Assembly (NCBI GenBank): GCA_040757655.1
Contig: JBFLWV010000017.1
Coordinates: 1 to 40,323, forward strand
Direction of reading: 5' to 3'
DNA: 40,323 nt
Origin: Patescibacteria group bacterium
GTDB lineage: Bacteria > Patescibacteriota > Patescibacteriia > 2-02-FULL-49-11
Below the pieces are notes generated by a model that worked only from the letters and a program-made list of their open reading frames with translations, made no database searches and had not been told where the DNA came from. The position numbers and the translations under genes were made by a program. Shown one piece after another: positions 36,019-40,323 of the stretch (the stretch's first letter is position 1; every line of letters starts with the position of its first letter).

Positions 36019-36462
36019 TCATTCTCCTTCTATTTCAAGAAAAAACGTTACCTGAATATCGTGAGGAAGGTGGAGCGATACGGTATGTTTTCCTACTGTC
36101 TTTATGGTCTCGTAGTGTCTCAGTGCCTGGTGAGGAATTTGGATTCCTAATCCTTGGAATGCATGGAGAATATCTGACGAGTGTATACCTCCATAGAGCA
36201 ACCCTTGAGGGGTTGCTTTTCTCTTGAAAGGTAAAACGGTTTTCTGAATGGTTTGCGCCAATGCCCGTAGGGCGAGCTGTTCTTGGGACCGACGTTCAAG
36301 AGCTTTGCGAGATTCATGGCGCACCCTCTCAATGGCACGTTGGGTGGGATACGTGGCTAACTGGTTGGGGATGAGGTAATTGCGGGCGTAACCCTCCTTT
36401 ACTTCTTTGATCTCTCCCACTCTCCCTAATTTGGGAATATCACACAGAAGGAGAACCTTCAT
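36019..36462 (-). CDS. rplI: 50S ribosomal protein L9
   Basis: MKVLLL.DIPKLG..GEIKEVKEGYARNYLIP and LYGGI. Confidence 0.96.
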   Translation of the reverse strand: MKVLLLCDIPKLGRVGEIKEVKEGYARNYLIPNQLATYPTQRAIERVRHESRKALERRSQEQLALRALAQTIQKTVLPFKRKATPQGLLYGGIHSSDILHAFQGLGIQIPHQALRHYETIKTVGKHTVSLHLPHDIQVTFFLEIEGE

Positions 36463-36524
36463 ACGTGAAGCATTGAGAAGTTGGAATTTGGGAAATCGTT
36501 GTAAATTCTAGAAGCTACCTCGAT

Positions 36525-37802
36525 TCAAGATTCCAAATTCTTTAATAATTCTAATGCCTTTTCCAATTGCGGATCTTTCTCTGCACCTGCGTCCTCCTGC
36601 GTTACTTCAACCTCTATATCCGGCGCAATACCTTCCTTGTCAATTTGTCTATTGTTCGGCGTAAACCACCGTGCGGTCGTGAGCTTCACCGCAGAGCCAT
36701 CAGAAAAATCATGCACTTCTTGGATGGACCCCTTCCCAAAAGATTTCTGCCCTACCACCGTTGCTAACCCATAATCCTGGAGGGCGCCCGCAACAATCTC
36801 TGATGCAGACGCCGATCCATGATTTATCAGTACCACGGCGGCAAACCCCTTGAGCGTCTGGTTCTTTACCGCCCGATATTCCTTCACCTCCATGTCCTTT
36901 GAGCGTTCGAGGACCACAGGCCGTTCCGCATCCACCCAGAAACTCGCTATCTCTACTGCCAGGGATAGATAACCTCCCGGATTATTACGTAAGTCGAGCA
37001 CCACTCCTTTTATGTTCTTTGCAAGCAGTGATTCTACGGCATTCCTAAACCGTTCTCCCGTATCCGCATTGAAATGGGAGATGTGGAGATAACCAATACC
37101 GCCTTCCTTCACCTCTGAACGAACGCTCACAATCTGAATATCGTCGCGCATGATCTCAAACATTGTTGGTTCCTTGAAATCGTCTCGCATAACCAGAAGC
37201 TTTACGTACGTTCCTTTTTCTCCGCGGATACGGTTGACGGCCTCATCAAGCATCATGCCAGTCGTATCCGTCGTATCTATTTCAACAATCCAATCACCGC
37301 TTTTCAATCCCGCGCGCTCAGCAGGGGTTTCTGGGAGAGGGGCAATGACGGTAAGCTTTTTGTCACGAATGCCAATCTCTGCGCCAATACCTTGAAATTT
37401 TCCGTGCATTTGTTCCGCAAATTCCTGCGCTTGTTTTGGCTCCATAAATGCGGAATAAGGATCGTCCAGTGACGCCACCATGCCCGCCAGCGAACCATAG
37501 AATAACTTCTTTTCGTCTACGGGATTATCGATAAAGCTCTCTTGGATCCACTCCCAGAGGTCCCAATAGAGATTAAAGTCTGCGTTTTGCTGCAATGACG
37601 CGCTTATCGCAGCATCCTTGTTTACCACCCTCCCTCCGTCTCCGCTCACCTTGCTTCCCTGCTTTAACCCCTCTTCATGTCCCAAGGAAAAACCTCCTAC
37701 GTAACCCCCCCCAATCACCAAAATACAAAGCAAGGTGAGCAATAGTATTCTTACCCACCTTCTTTTCTTCACTTTTTCTTCCCTCAGAGGATTTTCAGCC
37801 AT
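36525..37802 (-). CDS. S41 carboxy-terminal processing protease (CtpA/Prc-like)
   Basis: N-terminal TM, PDZ GIGAEI, DLRNNPGG, SASASEI and FGKGS. ATG 37802 chosen. Confidence 0.93.
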   Translation of the reverse strand: MAENPLREEKVKKRRWVRILLLTLLCILVIGGGYVGGFSLGHEEGLKQGSKVSGDGGRVVNKDAAISASLQQNADFNLYWDLWEWIQESFIDNPVDEKKLFYGSLAGMVASLDDPYSAFMEPKQAQEFAEQMHGKFQGIGAEIGIRDKKLTVIAPLPETPAERAGLKSGDWIVEIDTTDTTGMMLDEAVNRIRGEKGTYVKLLVMRDDFKEPTMFEIMRDDIQIVSVRSEVKEGGIGYLHISHFNADTGERFRNAVESLLAKNIKGVVLDLRNNPGGYLSLAVEIASFWVDAERPVVLERSKDMEVKEYRAVKNQTLKGFAAVVLINHGSASASEIVAGALQDYGLATVVGQKSFGKGSIQEVHDFSDGSAVKLTTARWFTPNNRQIDKEGIAPDIEVEVTQEDAGAEKDPQLEKALELLKNLES

Positions 37803-37836
37803 ATACAAGATTATACCATGTCAAGGAATGAAATGG

Positions 37837-38742
37837 CTATAATTTCCTCAACGTCTCTGCAAAAAGTGGTTCAAGCTTAAGAATAGCAAATTTTTTGAGC
37901 ATTTGTTGAGAAGGAATAGGGATAGTATTCGCAAAAACTACTTCTTTAATCCTATGATCCCGTAAGCGGGATATGGCAGGGCCGCTCAATACCGGATGGG
38001 TTGCGGCAATCCGTATATCGCGAACGCCGCATTGCCAGAGCGCGTCAACACTGGTACTGATCGTTCCCGCCGTATTTATTTCGTCATCAACGATAATCGC
38101 CGTAGCATACGAATTCACACAGACAAACCTGCGCGTCTTTACCACATCATGGTGGGGGCGTTCCTTTGGTATATAAAACGTGGGCAAACGAAGTGCGTTC
38201 GCGAGACGCTGTGCTCTTTCTTGTCCTCCTTCATCTGGTGACACAACGACGGCGTGAGAGCGTATTTTTCTAAAATATCGCGAAAAAAGTGGAAGCGCAC
38301 TGATCTCTCGAAGGCCGGTATACATGCGCGCGAACGACGTATGATGCAAATCGCTGGTGAGGAGCCGTCGCAGTCCTACTTGCCTCAATATTCTCGCAAA
38401 GAGCTCACCTCCTACCCCTTCACCCTCCACATTCACATGCTCTTGACGACGATACGGAAGGAAAGGAATGATGGCGGTGATACTATGCGGATGGAGACGC
38501 GTGAGGGCGTCAATAAGCAGAAGCAATTCAACCATGTGATCATGCGCGGGACGGCATCCTGATTGTACGAGCACCACCTTTTTATTCTCTACATATCTCC
38601 TTCCCGCGCAAATCCGCACGTAGGTTTCACCATCGCTATAGGGATGAATGTCAGTGGCAAGGAGAGGCGCACGCAGGAGGCGGGACAGACGTGCCGCAAA
38701 CTCCTTATGCGATGACCCTGATACGACACAATATGGATTCAT
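37837..38742 (-). CDS. prs: Ribose-phosphate pyrophosphokinase
   Basis: YSDGETYV, PYRRQE, DLH, VSPDEGG, IIVDDEINTAGT and ATHPVLSG. Confidence 0.9.
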   Translation of the reverse strand: MNPYCVVSGSSHKEFAARLSRLLRAPLLATDIHPYSDGETYVRICAGRRYVENKKVVLVQSGCRPAHDHMVELLLLIDALTRLHPHSITAIIPFLPYRRQEHVNVEGEGVGGELFARILRQVGLRRLLTSDLHHTSFARMYTGLREISALPLFSRYFRKIRSHAVVVSPDEGGQERAQRLANALRLPTFYIPKERPHHDVVKTRRFVCVNSYATAIIVDDEINTAGTISTSVDALWQCGVRDIRIAATHPVLSGPAISRLRDHRIKEVVFANTIPIPSQQMLKKFAILKLEPLFAETLRKL

Positions 38743-38860
38743 GGAAAACGTAGTCCGTTATACACTGTTCACGAGTGTATTGTAGCAATTATTACTTCCG
38801 TTGCCAATTACCATTATAATGATACAATGAAGATCAAGTGGAGATAAATCATTTAAACGT

Positions 38861-40195
38861 ATGACAAGAATGACACGCCGTATTATTACTGCATCATTTA
38901 TCCTTGTATTCCTCATCACTGCCCCTCTCATTATCCTGTATGCCTCCGGATACCGCTATAATCGTAAACGAGGCACTATGCAAGGAACAAGCGCCATTAC
39001 GATCTCTACCAAACCAAAGGGCGCGCGCGTGAGTATAAATGGAATAGCACAAAACGAACTTACCCCCTTCCGTATTACGCAGCTCTTCCCTACCACCTAC
39101 CACCTCAAGGTCGAGAAACAAGGCTATACATCATGGGAAACCACTGTCGTGGTGGAGCCGTGGAAAAACAAATTATATTCATCGGTCCGCCTCTTTTCCC
39201 TCACCCCCCCCGAAGCATTGCCCCCTTCCTGTGCGCGCCATTCCATCCTCTCTCATAATCCTCCTTCTCCATGGACACTCCTCTCTTCCTCATCGAGTGA
39301 TCCGTTTATTCTTTTTAACGCACATAAAAAAACATGCACACCGTTAAAAATGGATAGTCCCCCCATCGCCACCACCGAAGATAGTTCGGGAAATTCCTAT
39401 GCCCTGCTGAGCCTCTCTCGCCAACCGAAATTGACCGTGGTGAACTCTCCTCTGATTGGTAACGAAAAAGTGAGAAATTTCTCCCTGAAACGGCCTGCCA
39501 CCCATATCACACTTCTCAATGACCGGGAAGTATGGGCATGGGATGCCGCATCGATAAGCCGCATCATCAACTTTGGGGATCAACAGACAATGACAAACCT
39601 CAAGGTGATTGATCTGTTGCCTTTACAAAATGGGCTCTATACGCTCGAAGAGGATCCTTTAGGAACTCTCATACTGCGACTCCGCAACAGCGATGATCCC
39701 TCGCTCTATCGTACAATTGCCACCCTCGTTCTCTCTCCCGAGAGTCAGTTTATCCACCGCTCACCTACCGATACGCTTACCATTCTTGATAATCGCAGTT
39801 CCCGCGTCGTGCTCATTGATCTCACCCGCCCCGAATCGCCTCCTTTCGAATTCTCACTCTTCACCCATGCAGCATGGTCCACTACTGGTGAATATCTTAC
39901 CCTCTCGAACGACCATGAAATATCGCTTCTTCACTACGATAAAAAAAAGAATGGTCAGCGTGTCACGCTCCTCACCCGGATATCTGATCCCCTCCGTTCT
40001 GTGCTCTTGATTCCCGAAATTGGCTACGTTGCCTATACCACCCCTACCCATCTCTCATTTATTTCCCTCAACTCAGAAATAGACTCCTTTCCTCACACTC
40101 CCTTTGCGCTCCCAGAATCCGTCATTCTCGGCTTTTCGTCAGATACGCTTTATCTTGCTTCGCAAAACACAATCTTCAAATATGAATTGCCTTAG
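38861..40195 (+). CDS. Membrane-anchored PEGA-domain protein with a beta-rich C-terminus
   Basis: TM helix, YASGYRY, then ISTKPKGARVSING...TP..YHLKVEKQGY.SW (PEGA). Confidence 0.8.
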   Translation: MTRMTRRIITASFILVFLITAPLIILYASGYRYNRKRGTMQGTSAITISTKPKGARVSINGIAQNELTPFRITQLFPTTYHLKVEKQGYTSWETTVVVEPWKNKLYSSVRLFSLTPPEALPPSCARHSILSHNPPSPWTLLSSSSSDPFILFNAHKKTCTPLKMDSPPIATTEDSSGNSYALLSLSRQPKLTVVNSPLIGNEKVRNFSLKRPATHITLLNDREVWAWDAASISRIINFGDQQTMTNLKVIDLLPLQNGLYTLEEDPLGTLILRLRNSDDPSLYRTIATLVLSPESQFIHRSPTDTLTILDNRSSRVVLIDLTRPESPPFEFSLFTHAAWSTTGEYLTLSNDHEISLLHYDKKKNGQRVTLLTRISDPLRSVLLIPEIGYVAYTTPTHLSFISLNSEIDSFPHTPFALPESVILGFSSDTLYLASQNTIFKYELP

Positions 40196-40323
40196 ATAGT
40201 TCCTGTCTAAAAAGTCTTCGTGTGAGCATCTGTTGATCAGGTTCTCAACGCCTCGGGCTCTTTCCCAATTCCTGTTTTCTACCCTGTGAGGGCTGCGATC
40301 GTGCGGAGGTTGCGTCCGATGAT

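Noticed and set aside
37837-38742. Prs as a pseudoenzyme because of DDEINT and YRRQE variants
   Set aside because: The ORF is full length with most motifs intact, and the substitutions are too mild to support that claim.
164-40051. Many short antisense or alternate-frame ORFs in the track (e.g. 2715-3152, 8054-8551, 9637-10107, 12582-12986, 29475-29873)
   Set aside because: They overlap well-supported genes and show no recognisable motifs.
40279-40323. Possible 3' end of a minus-strand gene (IIGRNLRTIAALTG*)
   Set aside because: Only 14 codons are visible, too few to identify or confirm.
1-40323. tRNA, rRNA or known riboswitch genes
   Set aside because: No cloverleaf with T-loop/CCA pattern or recognisable conserved RNA motif was seen by eye; a covariance-model scan would be needed to exclude them.

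Overview
A bacterial chromosomal window, probably from a Patescibacteria/CPR (Parcubacteria-like) organism. That assignment is inferred from the CPR-style type IV pilus cluster with no secretin in the window, divergent Mur enzymes and abundant heptamer-periodic repeats. From left to right it holds: (1) a small accessory patch with a divergent RelA/SpoT small-alarmone-synthetase-like gene, a frameshifted 5' remnant of alaS and a truncated IS200/IS605 tnpA; (2) a polyamine cluster (arginine decarboxylase, deoxyhypusine-synthase-like protein, N-carbamoylputrescine amidase, agmatine deiminase) interrupted by a HEPN/MNT toxin-antitoxin pair; (3) a co-directional cell-wall cluster (degenerate murC-like, murG, ftsW, mraY) extended by an NlpC/P60-like peptidase, an ATP-grasp ligase, a PLP fold-II enzyme, an Mpl-like ligase and an ATE/Bpt-like tRNA-dependent transferase, plus an uncalled 56-aa LysW-like protein on the opposite strand; (4) a type IV pilus operon carrying two MITE-like insertions; (5) an Rrf2-sufCBDSU-ferredoxin operon; (6) housekeeping genes rpmA, pyrG, rplI, a CtpA-like protease, prs and a PEGA protein. 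The best candidate for an undescribed system is the non-canonical peptidoglycan-tailoring locus joined to the polyamine genes. Many 7-nt-period repeats and REP-like palindromes are present, several inserted in frame inside genes. All calls come from reading motifs by eye; no database searches were run.
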